Positions 46,498 to 56,888 of a stretch of 64,000 nucleotides of DNA are shown here, piece after piece. The stretch spans positions 525,955 through 589,954 of the forward strand of contig CAWETL010000009.1 of the NCBI GenBank assembly GCA_963812085.1. The letters are read 5' to 3'. Positions within the stretch are counted from its first letter, which is position 1, and each line of letters opens with the position of its first letter. The DNA is from an uncultured Gemmatimonadales bacterium. Lineage in GTDB: Bacteria > Gemmatimonadota > Gemmatimonadetes > Gemmatimonadales > GWC2-71-9. The translations under genes were made by a program, and so were the position numbers. The notes under the pieces were generated by a model that was not told where the DNA came from, searched no databases, and saw only the letters and a program-made list of their open reading frames with translations.

Positions 46498-47701
46498 CGC
46501 CCGTCGGGCCGGGGCCCGGCCCCTGACGTTCATCTTCCTGACGGTCTTCCTCGACCTCCTCGGCGTGGGCATCCTCGTGCCGGTGCTCCCGTTCATCGTC
46601 GCCGAATTCCGGACCGACGCCCTCACCGTGGGCCTCCTGAGCCTCACCTTCGCCGCGGCGCAGTTCCTGGCGAGTCCCGTGCTCGGGGCGTGGTCCGACC
46701 GCGTCGGCCGGCGGCGCGTCCTCCTGCTGAGCGTGCTGGGCACCGGCGTCGGCTACTTCATCTTCGGCGCGGCCCAGACCCTCTGGCTCCTGTTCCTTGC
46801 CCGGCTCGTCGACGGCTTCACCGGCGGCAACGTCTCGACCGCCCAGGCGTACATCGCCGACGTCTCCGCCCCGGAGGACCGGGCCAAGAATTTCGGGCTC
46901 ATCGGCGCCGCGTTCGGGCTCGGGTTCATCATCGGGCCGGCGCTGGGAGGAATCCTGAGCCACTGGAGCCTCCGCGCCCCGGCATACGCGGCGGGCATCC
47001 TCTCGCTCGTGACCGTCACCATCGGGTACCTGGTGCTCCCGGAGTCCCTGCCGCCCGAGCGCCGCACGCGCGAGCCGTTCCGCCTGAGCGACCTGCATCC
47101 CCTCAATCACCTTGGCGAGGCTGTCCGCCGCCCCGGCATCGCGAGGATCTTCATCGCCTTCTTCGCGATGAACTTCGCCATGGCGGGACTGCAGTCGAAC
47201 TTCGCCGTGTTCACCCGCGCGCGTTTCGGGTTGGGCCCGCAGGGCAACGCGGTGCTCTTCACCTTTGTCGGTGTCATCGGCGTTCTTGTGCAGGGCGTCC
47301 TGCTCCGCCGGGTGCCGACCGCCGGTCGCGAGCGACCGATCGCGATGGGGGGCCTGTTCCTGATGGCAGCCGGATTCGCCGCCACCGCATTCGTCCCCGG
47401 GGTGGCCTGGCTCTATCCTGCCATCGGGATCCTCGGCCTCGGCAGCGCTGCCGCGGGGCCGATGCTCACGAGCGAGGTGTCCCGGAGCGTGACGGGCGCG
47501 GAGCAGGGGTGGGTGCTGGGCTCGATGCAGTCGGTGGCAAGCCTGACCCGCATCGCGGGCCCCCTCTGGGCCGGCCTGGCGTTCGACCATGTCGGCCCCG
47601 GCGCGCCCTACTGGAGCGGGGCCCTGTGGGTGGTCGCCGGGCTGGTCGCAGCCTCGCTATCTTTCCGGCCGACCGACCGGGCTCAAGCCCACGCCACCTG
47701 A
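46490..47701 (+). CDS. MFS transporter (DHA1, TetA-like, 12 TM)
   Basis: MFS motif A GAWSDRVGRRRVLL, plus motif LVDGFTGGN. About 403 aa. The start overlaps the nth end. Confidence 0.85.
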   Translation: MADARRAGARPLTFIFLTVFLDLLGVGILVPVLPFIVAEFRTDALTVGLLSLTFAAAQFLASPVLGAWSDRVGRRRVLLLSVLGTGVGYFIFGAAQTLWLLFLARLVDGFTGGNVSTAQAYIADVSAPEDRAKNFGLIGAAFGLGFIIGPALGGILSHWSLRAPAYAAGILSLVTVTIGYLVLPESLPPERRTREPFRLSDLHPLNHLGEAVRRPGIARIFIAFFAMNFAMAGLQSNFAVFTRARFGLGPQGNAVLFTFVGVIGVLVQGVLLRRVPTAGRERPIAMGGLFLMAAGFAATAFVPGVAWLYPAIGILGLGSAAAGPMLTSEVSRSVTGAEQGWVLGSMQSVASLTRIAGPLWAGLAFDHVGPGAPYWSGALWVVAGLVAASLSFRPTDRAQAHAT

Positions 47702-47722
47702 CCCGCACCCAAACGGACTCCC

Positions 47723-48169
47723 ATGAAGACCGCCACGATCACGACCAGCCGGGGCACCATCGTCGCCGACCTGTTCGACGCCGAGGTCCCGGGCACCGTC
47801 GCCAATTTCGAGAAGCTGGCCAACGAGAAGTTCTACGACGGCACGCGGTTCCACCGCGTGATCGACAACTTCATGATCCAGGGCGGCGACCCGCTGAGCC
47901 GCGACCCGAACAATCCCCGGGCGGGCACCGGCGGCCCCGGCTACACCATCAAGTGCGAGACCGAGAAGAACACCCACCGGCACGTGGCGGGGACGCTCTC
48001 CATGGCCCACGCCGGCAAGAACACCGGCGGGAGCCAGTTCTTCATCTGCCACGCCCCGCAGCCGCATCTCGACCGCGTGCACACCGTCTTCGGCCAGGTC
48101 ACGAAGGGCCTCGACATCGTGAACACCATCAAGAAGAACGACGTGATCGAGTCGATCCGGGTGGCATGA
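47723..48169 (+). CDS. Cyclophilin-type peptidyl-prolyl cis-trans isomerase
   Basis: [30 protein letters not shown] and VFGQV. Confidence 0.93.
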   Translation: MKTATITTSRGTIVADLFDAEVPGTVANFEKLANEKFYDGTRFHRVIDNFMIQGGDPLSRDPNNPRAGTGGPGYTIKCETEKNTHRHVAGTLSMAHAGKNTGGSQFFICHAPQPHLDRVHTVFGQVTKGLDIVNTIKKNDVIESIRVA

Positions 48170-48579
48170 GCCTGCGGCTCGATTTTGCCGTCCTCGCCGA
48201 TTACGCCCTGATCGACCAGCAGGGCAAGCTGTCAGTGCTGGGAATCTTCCAGCACGTCTGGGTGGCCGCCTTTCCGGCGGTGCACCCCCGGACGCACCTC
48301 GTTCTCCGGGTGCGCGGACGCCGGACCGACATCGGGACCCGCGGCATTCGCATCCGGTTTGTGGACGAGGACAACACCGAGCTGCTTGGCGGCGAGGGCA
48401 GCGTGCAGTTCAACGAGCCGCCCGCCGGGGTCACCGAGGTGGAGGCGGGCGCCGTGCTGGTCTTCGACGTCCCCCTTCCCAAGCCGGGCGCGTACGCCTT
48501 CGAAATCACCATCGAGGGAGAAGGCGTGACCCGGGTGCCGTTGACGGCCGCCCGGGCCCCCGGGATCGAGGCCCACTGA
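48166..48579 (+). CDS. Hypothetical protein (137 aa), coupled to the cyclophilin gene
   Basis: The ATG at 48166 overlaps the PPIase stop (ATGA). The product is predicted beta-rich: [28 protein letters not shown]... The track ORF extends far upstream, and that extension is rejected. Confidence 0.55.
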   Translation: MSLRLDFAVLADYALIDQQGKLSVLGIFQHVWVAAFPAVHPRTHLVLRVRGRRTDIGTRGIRIRFVDEDNTELLGGEGSVQFNEPPAGVTEVEAGAVLVFDVPLPKPGAYAFEITIEGEGVTRVPLTAARAPGIEAH

Positions 48580-48620
48580 CCGGGAATCCGACCGGCCTCC
48601 TCGGCATTGGAATCCCGTCT

Positions 48621-48650
48621 TTGACAAGCCTTTCCCCCGAACGATATGTT
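48621..48650 (+). promoter_or_regulatory. Sigma-70-like promoter candidate upstream of fadL-like gene
   Basis: TTGACA (48621-48626), 17/18-nt spacer, ATATGTT (48644-48650), in a locally less GC-rich intergenic region. Confidence 0.4.
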
Positions 48651-48719
48651 TGCTGTACTTCCGTTTTCCGGGTGAGTCCCCGGCCTGTCCTGCAGGTCGT
48701 CCTGAATTGGAGTCCACCT

Positions 48720-50120
48720 ATGCGACGGTTCCATGTTTGGATCACCGCCGGAGCGCTCGCCGCCGTCCTGGCGATGCCCCGGACGGTTGAGGCGCAAGGC
48801 TACAGCGTCAACGAACACGGCTCATGCACCATGGGTCGGGGCGGCACCGGCGTGGCCTCGCCCTGCAATGACGGCTCGGCCGTGGTGTACAATCCCGCCG
48901 GCCTGATCGTGGCCAAGGGCAAGGGGGTCGCCAGCGGCGGTGCCACCCTCATCACCCCGACCGGTGACTTCACCAACAGCACCACCGGTGAGACCACCGA
49001 CCTGATGAGCGAAACGACGCCCGTCCCCTCCGTCTTTATGGGCTACGGCCTCTCGGACAAGGTCTCGGTCGGCTTCGGCGTCTTTGCCCCCTACGGCCTC
49101 GCCATCGATTGGCCCCTTTCGTTCGAGGGCCGCTTTCTCGGGTACCACAGCTCCATCAAGGGCATCTACCTCCAGCCCACCGCTGCGTTCAAGGTCAACA
49201 AGTGGCTCCAGCTCGGCGCGGGTTTCGATATCACGCGCACCAGCGTGGAACTGAGCCAGCGGGTGGACCTCGCCAATCAGGAAGCTGCCCCGGGAGTCAC
49301 TTTCGCCAACCTGGGCATCGCGTACGGGACCGATTTCGCCGACGTCCAGCTGTCCGGCAACGCGATGTCGTACGGCTATAGCGTCGGCATGATCATCCAG
49401 CCGATCAAGCGTGTTTCGCTTGGCGTCCGGTATCTCTCGAAGCAGACCGCCAACGTGAACGACGCGCAGGCGCTCATCGCCCAGGTGCCGACCAACCTGT
49501 ACCTGGCGCCGGGCAACCCGCTGGGCCTGCCGGCCGGCACGCCGGTCGATGCGCTGGTCGCGCCGGAATTCCAGCCGGGCGGACCGCTCGTCAACCAGAC
49601 CGGCAACACGGTGCTGCCCTACCCGGCGCAGCTCACCTTCGGCCTGACCCTGCAGGCCACCGACAAGCTGACCCTCCTCGGCGATGTCGGCATCCAGTAC
49701 TGGAACGTCTGGCAGACCCTGCCCCTCGAGTTCAGCGTCATCGGCACCGAAACCATCGTCGAATCCTACCGGAACACCACCTCCTGGCGCGCCGGCGGCG
49801 AATATCTCGTCAGCCCCAAGACGACCGTCCGCCTCGGCTTCATCTCGCACAACGCGGCCGCGCCGGACCAGACCGTCACGCCGAACCTGCCGGAAGCGCC
49901 GCGCACCGAGTTCACCGCCGGCGTCGGGTCGCACCTGACGGACCGCTGGGCGTTCGATTTCGCCTACCAGTACATCGACCAGGCCGACCGCCAGGGACGG
50001 ACGAGCAACGGCTGCACCAATGCGACGCTGCCCTGCCCGGATCCCACCGCCGCGCTGAACGACGGGTTGTACACGTTCAAGGCAAACCTGTTCGGCCTCA
50101 CGCTGACCTACTCGTTCTGA
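48720..50120 (+). CDS. Outer-membrane long-chain fatty acid / hydrophobic compound channel (FadL/OMPP1/TodX family)
   Basis: Signal peptide ...AMPRTVEAQG. The N-terminal hatch-like NEHGSCTMGRGGTGVASP, beta-strand periodicity and C-terminal TLTYSF all fit the family. The ATG at 48720 is preferred. Confidence 0.8.
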   Translation: MRRFHVWITAGALAAVLAMPRTVEAQGYSVNEHGSCTMGRGGTGVASPCNDGSAVVYNPAGLIVAKGKGVASGGATLITPTGDFTNSTTGETTDLMSETTPVPSVFMGYGLSDKVSVGFGVFAPYGLAIDWPLSFEGRFLGYHSSIKGIYLQPTAAFKVNKWLQLGAGFDITRTSVELSQRVDLANQEAAPGVTFANLGIAYGTDFADVQLSGNAMSYGYSVGMIIQPIKRVSLGVRYLSKQTANVNDAQALIAQVPTNLYLAPGNPLGLPAGTPVDALVAPEFQPGGPLVNQTGNTVLPYPAQLTFGLTLQATDKLTLLGDVGIQYWNVWQTLPLEFSVIGTETIVESYRNTTSWRAGGEYLVSPKTTVRLGFISHNAAAPDQTVTPNLPEAPRTEFTAGVGSHLTDRWAFDFAYQYIDQADRQGRTSNGCTNATLPCPDPTAALNDGLYTFKANLFGLTLTYSF

Positions 50121-50137
50121 TCGGGAGACTACAGCAT

Positions 50138-51379
50138 ATGCAGCGCACCCGCATTTCCGCGGCTCTCTTGCTGGCGCTTCCGCTCCTGGCGGGGTGCCAC
50201 GACAACGAACCGCTCAACGCGCCCGACCTCTCGACGAGCAACGGGCTGATGGCCCGCTACATCTCGATGGGGAACAGCATCACCGCCGGCTACCAGTCGG
50301 CCGGCATCAACGACAGCACGCAGCAGCGTTCGTATGCCGTGCTCTTCGCGAACCGTGCCAATGCGCCGTTCTTCGTGCCCTCACTGCAGGGCCGGGGCTG
50401 CGCGCCGCCGCTGGTCAACAATGTCACCGGCGAGCGCGTCGGCGGCGGCACCTCCACCACCTGCGACCTCCGGGCGAACCAGCAACTGTTCTACGTGAGC
50501 AACGTCGCGGTTCCGGGCGCGACGTCATTCTCGCCGACGGACAACCTGTCGGCGTTCGCGAACAGCAACGCGCTGACGACGTTCATCCTGGGCGGCCGTA
50601 CCCAGGTCCAGGCCATGATGGACGCCAATCCGACCTTCGTGTCGGCCTGGATCGGCAACAACGACGTCCTTGGTTCACTCACCAGCAGCACCAATCCGGG
50701 CGATCCGGCATTGATCACGCCCGAACCGGTGTTCGAGGCCAATTACACGGCCATGCTGGACTCGATCGAGGCCACGGGTGCCAAGGCCGTCCTCATCGGC
50801 GTCGCCGACGTCTCGGTGATTCCGTACGCTTCGCGCACGGCCATCTATTACTGCCTGACGTACGTCGATGCCGCCCGCTGCCAGGCGCCGCTCCCGACGA
50901 CCCCTGACCCGAACCTCGCCGGCCTCCAGGCGGCAGGCCTCTGGAACGTGGACGTCAATTGCGCGGCGCCCGGTGGGCTCGCCACGCTCGTCCCGTGGAC
51001 CATCCTGCTGCCGAAGCTCGCCGCGGCCGCCGGCGGCGCCCCGCAAACGCTCGACTGCTCCATCGACACCCAGGTTGTCACGCCCACCGAGCTCGCCGGA
51101 CTCCAGGCGGCCGTCACCGGATTCAACGGCTTCATTTCCGCCGAGGCAACGACGCGGGGCATGGCCTACATGGATCCGAACCCCACGCTGCTGGCCTTGG
51201 TGGCGACGGGTGCCATTCCGCCGGTGCCGGATCTCGCGCCGGCGCTGGCCGGTCAGCCCGTCACGTTTGGGCCGTACTTCACCCTCGACGGCGTGCACCC
51301 GTCCACCCTCGCGCACCAGCTGCTCGCGGACTCGCTGGTTTCTACGGTGAACCAGTTCTTCGGCACCAGCATCCCCTGA
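50138..51379 (+). CDS. SGNH/GDSL-family hydrolase lipoprotein
   Basis: Lipobox LLAGC. Block I GNSITAGYQS (Ser nucleophile). Block V DGVHPS. Confidence 0.8.
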   Translation: MQRTRISAALLLALPLLAGCHDNEPLNAPDLSTSNGLMARYISMGNSITAGYQSAGINDSTQQRSYAVLFANRANAPFFVPSLQGRGCAPPLVNNVTGERVGGGTSTTCDLRANQQLFYVSNVAVPGATSFSPTDNLSAFANSNALTTFILGGRTQVQAMMDANPTFVSAWIGNNDVLGSLTSSTNPGDPALITPEPVFEANYTAMLDSIEATGAKAVLIGVADVSVIPYASRTAIYYCLTYVDAARCQAPLPTTPDPNLAGLQAAGLWNVDVNCAAPGGLATLVPWTILLPKLAAAAGGAPQTLDCSIDTQVVTPTELAGLQAAVTGFNGFISAEATTRGMAYMDPNPTLLALVATGAIPPVPDLAPALAGQPVTFGPYFTLDGVHPSTLAHQLLADSLVSTVNQFFGTSIP

Positions 51380-51405
51380 ACTCCTGAGGGACTCCCGGCT
51401 GCCGC

Positions 51406-51442
51406 GAAGGGCGGCGGGCCATCTCCTGGCCCGCCGCCCTTC
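51406..51442 (+). terminator. Strong GC hairpin after the SGNH hydrolase gene
   Basis: gaagggcggcgggcc-atctcct-ggcccgccgcccttc forms a 15-bp perfect stem 27 nt after the stop. Confidence 0.65.
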
Positions 51443-51516
51443 GTCTGTCCAGGACCCTCTTACCGCTCCCCCGCGCACCCTTACCTTTCCACGCGCGCCC
51501 CCTCAGAGGAGACTGG

Positions 51517-52101
51517 ATGACCCTGACCCGCGATCGCGCCCTCGCGCTGGTCCACGAATACACCGCCTCCGACGCCCTCCGGAAGCACATGTACGCGGTG
51601 GAAATCGCCATGCGGGCCATGGCGGCCCGTGCCGGCGAGGACCCCGACGCCTGGGGCACCGTGGGGCTGGTACACGACTTCGACTACGAGCGCTTCCCCA
51701 ACGCCGCTCACGCTGCGGACGCCGAGCATCCGAGCGAGGGGGTGCGCATCCTGGCCGGGCTCGGGGCCCCCGAGACCTGGCAACGGGCCATCCTGGGCCA
51801 CGCGGCCTACACCGGCGTCGCGCGGGAAACGCCGCTGGCGCGGGCCCTTTTCGCGGTGGACGAGCTCTGCGGTTTCCTCGTGGCCTGCGCGCTGGTCCGC
51901 CCCTCCCGTTCTCTCACGGATCTCGAGCCGAAAAGCGTTCGCAAGAAGCTCAAGGACAAGGCGTTCGCCCGGGGCGTGAGCCGCGAGGACGTCCTGCTGG
52001 GCGCGGAGGAACTCGGCATGCCGCTGGACGACCTCATCCAGTTCGTCCTCGAGGCGCTCCGGCCACACGAGGCGGTGCTCGGGCTCGGGACGCCCGGGTG
52101 A
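51517..52101 (+). CDS. HD-domain metal-dependent phosphohydrolase
   Basis: H...HD...D pattern (LRKHMYAVE, GLVHDFDY). AGAGGA RBS upstream. Confidence 0.8.
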   Translation: MTLTRDRALALVHEYTASDALRKHMYAVEIAMRAMAARAGEDPDAWGTVGLVHDFDYERFPNAAHAADAEHPSEGVRILAGLGAPETWQRAILGHAAYTGVARETPLARALFAVDELCGFLVACALVRPSRSLTDLEPKSVRKKLKDKAFARGVSREDVLLGAEELGMPLDDLIQFVLEALRPHEAVLGLGTPG

Positions 52102-53489
52102 ACGACGCCGCTCTCTCCGCCCTCGGCGAGCGGGCCCTCGCCCGGGCAGGCGGCGCGCGGTTCGTGCCCGGCAATGCTGCGCGGCTCCTGCTGGATGGCC
52201 CCGAGGCGTTCCCCGCGATGCTCGACGCCGTCCGGCGCGCCGAGCGCTGGGTGCATTTCGAGAACTACATCGTGCGGGACGACGCGACGGGCTGGCAGTT
52301 CGCGGAAGCCCTTGCGGAGCGCGCGCGCGAAGGCGTTTCGGTGCGCCTCCTGTGCGACTGGTTCGGCAGCCTGGGCCTGGGGCGCCGCATGGCGAGCCAC
52401 CTTCGCGAGGCGGGCGTCGAGCTCCGGAGGTTCAATTCGCCCCGTTTCCTCGACCTGCTCGGCAACCTGTCCCGGGACCACCGCAAGCTCGTCGTGACTG
52501 ACGCGGGCTCGGCGATCCTCGGCGGACTCTGCATCGGCGACGAATGGGCCGGCGACCCGGCGAAGAACGTCGAGCCGTGGCGGGACACCGCCATCGAGCT
52601 GACCGGACCGGCCGTGGTGACGCTCGACCGGGCGTTCGAGCGGATCTGGGCGCTCGCCGGCGGTCGCATCCCGGACGACGAGCGTGCGACCGAACAGGCG
52701 GCCACCGGCACCGCCGACGTCGGCGTCGTCGCCGGCGAGCCCTACCGCGGCCGCATCCTGCGGATCGTCGAGCTGCTCGCCGCCGGCGCCCTGGACCGGA
52801 TCTGGATCACCGATGCCTACCTGGTGGCCCCCCGCTCACTGTTCCAGTCGCTGCTCGACGCGGCGCGGGGAGGCGTGGACGTGCGGCTCCTCGTCCCCGG
52901 CTCCAGCGACCTCCCGGTGGTCCGGGACCTGACACGGATCGGGTACCGCGAACTCCTGCGGGCGGGCGTGCGCATCTTCGAGTGGGAAGGGCGGATGCTG
53001 CACGCCAAGACGATCGTCGCCGACGGGGAGTGGTGCCGGGTGGGGTCGAGCAATCTCAACGCCTCCAGCCTGGTCGGGAACTACGAACTCGACGCCATCG
53101 TGCACGATCGCGCGCTCGGCACCGCGCTCGAGGCCCAGTTCCGCCGCGACACGGCGCGCAGCGCCGAGGTGGAATTCCGGCCGCTCTCGGCACCGCCGCG
53201 CCTCGGGCGCCTGTTCCCAGGCACGCTGGGTCGTGACCTGCCGGACATACCGCCGGCCCGCCACCCCCGTCGGTTCCGCGAACAGCGCCGACGGACCGGA
53301 CTCGCGCTCCGCGGAGTCGCCACCGCGGCCCGCCGGTCGGTGTTCGCGCCGGTCGCCGCTGGACTCACCTTCCTCGGGCTGCTGTTCCTCGTCCTGCCCC
53401 GGACCATGGCCGTGATCGTGGCCGCGCTGTGCGCCTGGCTCGCGCTGGGGGCGGCGGTCGAGGCGTTCCGTCGCCGGGCGGAGCGCTGA
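52098..53489 (+). CDS. Phospholipase D-family protein (cardiolipin synthase ClsB-like) with C-terminal TM segments
   Basis: Two HKD motifs: HRKLVVTD and HAKTIVAD...GSSNLN. GTGA overlap with the HD gene. Confidence 0.85.
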   Translation: MNDAALSALGERALARAGGARFVPGNAARLLLDGPEAFPAMLDAVRRAERWVHFENYIVRDDATGWQFAEALAERAREGVSVRLLCDWFGSLGLGRRMASHLREAGVELRRFNSPRFLDLLGNLSRDHRKLVVTDAGSAILGGLCIGDEWAGDPAKNVEPWRDTAIELTGPAVVTLDRAFERIWALAGGRIPDDERATEQAATGTADVGVVAGEPYRGRILRIVELLAAGALDRIWITDAYLVAPRSLFQSLLDAARGGVDVRLLVPGSSDLPVVRDLTRIGYRELLRAGVRIFEWEGRMLHAKTIVADGEWCRVGSSNLNASSLVGNYELDAIVHDRALGTALEAQFRRDTARSAEVEFRPLSAPPRLGRLFPGTLGRDLPDIPPARHPRRFREQRRRTGLALRGVATAARRSVFAPVAAGLTFLGLLFLVLPRTMAVIVAALCAWLALGAAVEAFRRRAER

Positions 53490-53532
53490 CCATGTCCCGC
53501 CGCCCCCCCTTGCTCAACGCTTTCCGGGACCT

Positions 53533-54090
53533 GTGCGTATGGCTCCCGTGACCGATGCCGAACTGGCATCCCGGGCGGCCTCCGGAGATGATGAGGCCTT
53601 CGGGGCGCTCGTCGAGCGGCACGCGGCACGGGCCCGCCGGGTGGCGCGGGCGGCGCTGCTGGAGCCGCACGACGCCGACGACGCGGTGCAGGACGCGCTC
53701 TTTTCGGCCTGGCGCGCGATCGACCGCTTCGACCCGGCCCGACCCTTCGGTCCCTGGTTTCTCCGGATCGTGGTGAACGCCGCCGCGGACCTGCGGCGGC
53801 GGCGGTCGCTCCGGCGGACTGAAGAGGTTCCGGCGGCGGCGGCCGACCCGGGCCCGTCGCCGGAACGGGACACCGACCGGGCGCTCCTTCGGGAGGCGCT
53901 CGACAAGGCGCTGGCCACGCTGCCGGAACGCCGCCGGATCGCGCTCGTGCTCCACGACGCCGAAGGGTATGGGCACGACGAGATCGCGACGATGCTGAAC
54001 GTGCCGGTGGGCACGATCCGATCCGATGTCTTTCATGCCCGCCGCGCCATGCGCGCGGCGCTCCCCGCACTGGGAGAGACTGACCGATGA
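53533..54090 (+). CDS. ECF-type RNA polymerase sigma-70 factor
   Basis: Region 2 (DAVQDALFSAWRAIDRFD, FGPWFLRIVVN) and region 4 (LPERRRIALVLHDAEGYGHDEIATMLNVPVGTIRSDVFHARR). Confidence 0.92.
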   Translation: MRMAPVTDAELASRAASGDDEAFGALVERHAARARRVARAALLEPHDADDAVQDALFSAWRAIDRFDPARPFGPWFLRIVVNAAADLRRRRSLRRTEEVPAAAADPGPSPERDTDRALLREALDKALATLPERRRIALVLHDAEGYGHDEIATMLNVPVGTIRSDVFHARRAMRAALPALGETDR

Positions 54091-54431
54091 GCGACACGAA
54101 CGACTTCGACCAGGACCGCGACGAGGCCCTCGGCGCGCTGCTTCGGGGCCACCTCTCCGCCGCCGATGACGCGGCCTTCGCGGCACGGATGCGCGATGAG
54201 GCCGTCGCCACCGCGCAGGCGGGCGACTGGAGCGCGGTGGCCCACTGGGCGCTGCCGGGCCTGGTCGCCGCCGCCCTGCTGATCGCCGCGCTGGGCGCCG
54301 CTGTCGGGCGCGCCATGCCGGCGTCCACCGCGCGCACCGCGTCCGGATCGACGGCCGGGTCGCTGACCGAGCTCGCGAGCGACAGCACACAGGCGGGCGG
54401 CGGTGCGCTGCTCGCGGTCATGAGTTACTGA
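54087..54431 (+). CDS. Putative anti-sigma factor (single TM)
   Basis: ATGA overlap with the sigma gene. 114 aa with one TM segment (WALPGLVAAALLIAALGAAV). The call is made by position; I recognised no zinc-finger motif. Confidence 0.55.
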   Translation: MSDTNDFDQDRDEALGALLRGHLSAADDAAFAARMRDEAVATAQAGDWSAVAHWALPGLVAAALLIAALGAAVGRAMPASTARTASGSTAGSLTELASDSTQAGGGALLAVMSY

Positions 54432-54450
54432 GCAGAAGGAGTCACTCCCG

Positions 54451-54849
54451 ATGTCCAAGTCCACGCGCACAGCCACCCTCCTGCTGGTGGCGGCCTTCCT
54501 GCTCGGCGCCCTGGCCGGCGGGGCGGCGTTCTCGCTCGCCGCCCGCGGGCGGGGCATGGGGCCGGGTGGGCACTCGGCGAACTCCTCGGGGTACCTCTCC
54601 CGGCTGTCGAAGGATCTCGACCTGACGCCCGTCCAGCGCGACAGCGTCGCCGCCATCCTCAAGCGCTATGAGCCCCGGATGGATTCCATCTGGCAGGATA
54701 TCCGCCCGCGGTTTGACACCCTTCGGGGCGAGTTGCGTACGAACATCAACGCCCAGCTCACGCCGGACCAGCAGCGTCACTATGCCGAACTGCTCGAGCG
54801 CCACGACGCCGAGCGCCGAACCAGGGATTCCTCGAATGCGCCTCGCTAG
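54451..54849 (+). CDS. Periplasmic Spy/CpxP-family (LTxxQ) protein
   Basis: Signal/TM segment at the N-terminus. Two LTxxQ motifs (LDLTPVQRD and AQLTPDQQRH). AAGGAG RBS. Confidence 0.75.
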   Translation: MSKSTRTATLLLVAAFLLGALAGGAAFSLAARGRGMGPGGHSANSSGYLSRLSKDLDLTPVQRDSVAAILKRYEPRMDSIWQDIRPRFDTLRGELRTNINAQLTPDQQRHYAELLERHDAERRTRDSSNAPR

Positions 54850-56136
54850 TCTCCTCGCCCTGACGCTGGCCCTCCCCGGGGGTCTCGTCGCCCAGGCGTC
54901 CACGGCCCCCGGGATCACGCTGGACGAGGCCATTCATCGCGCCCAGCTGGCCCAGCCGTCCGTGGTGCAGGCCCAGGGTGCCGTCGGCCAGGCCGCGGCA
55001 CAATATCGGACCAGTTGGGGCGCGTTCATCCCGTCGCTCAACCTGAATTCGAGCTACGGCACCAGCTATTCGAACGGCCCGTCGCGCGTCAACCAGATCA
55101 CCGGCGAAGTCATCAACGGCGCCTCGTACGCGCAAAGCCTCAGCAACTCGGTCAGCGCGTCGGTGGACCTCTTTACTGGATTCCGCCGGGGCGCGCAGAT
55201 GGACGTGGCGCGCTCCAACGAAGCGGCGGCCAGCGCCGGCCTGCTGAATGCGCAGTACCAGGTCACGCTCTCCGCCAAGCAGGGGTTCTTCGCGGCCCTC
55301 GCGGCCAACGAGCTGGTGCGGGTCCGTGAATTGAGCGTTCGGCTGGCGGAGCAGCAGCTCGCCGTGTCGGTGGCCAAGCTGCAGGCCGGGAGCGCCACGC
55401 GCTCCGACTCGCTGCGTTCCCTGGTGACCCTCGGGACCTCCCGCCTCCAGTTGCTCACAGCGTTGACCGGCGTGGCGACGACCGAGGCCAGTCTGGGCCG
55501 GCTGGTCGGCTCCGCCGGACCGGTGCACGCCCTTTCGGATTCGGCGTATCTCCAGGTCGTCACCATCGGGGACACGGCGGCCATCCGGGCCGAAGCGGAG
55601 AACAACTCGCCCGCGGTCCTGGCGGCGCAGGCGCAGGCCGAGGCCGCGCGGGCCAGCCTGAAGGCGAGCAAGTCCGCCTGGTGGCCCCAGCTGAACCTGT
55701 CGGGACGCTACGCCTACAACGGCAACAGCGGCCAGGACTACACCTTCTTCGACAGCCGGTCGATGACGGTGGCGCTCACGTATCCGCTCTTCAACCAGTT
55801 CCAGCGGGATCAGTCGATCGTGCAGGCGTCAACCAATTATGACGCCGCGGTGTCGACCGCCGCGGACGCCCGCCGGCAGGTGGACGCGTCGCTCACCGCC
55901 CGGCTGGCCGAGCTCGACGCCGCGAGCGCGCAGATCGACATCGCGGCCACCAGCCTGCAGGCCGCCACGGAAGACCTCCGGGTCAACCAGGAGCGCTACC
56001 GGGTCGGGGCCGCCACGATCCTGGACGTGCTGACCTCCCAGCAGGTCCTCGGGCAGGCGGGCGTGGACGCGGTGCAGGCGCGCTACAACTACCTGATCGC
56101 CAAGGCCCAGATCGAGGCTCTCATCGGGAGGACATT

Positions 56137-56140
<4 letters not shown>
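54836..56140 (+). CDS. TolC-family outer-membrane efflux protein
   Basis: Signal peptide [21 protein letters not shown]. Has the two-repeat OEP architecture and the typical C-terminal [14 protein letters not shown]. Confidence 0.88.
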
Positions 56141-56886
<746 letters not shown>

Positions 56887-56888
56887 GA

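Noticed and set aside
36259-53489. Patatin phospholipase, HD-domain protein and PLD-family protein considered as possible anti-phage defence effectors (CBASS-like or similar)
   Set aside because: - I saw no cyclase/nucleotidyltransferase, STAND/AAA sensor, SMODS/SAVED, TIR, Sir2, helicase-nuclease or methylase partner next to any of them.
- The three genes are kilobases apart in separate housekeeping-looking operons.
- The PLD protein has the two-HKD plus TM layout of cardiolipin synthases.
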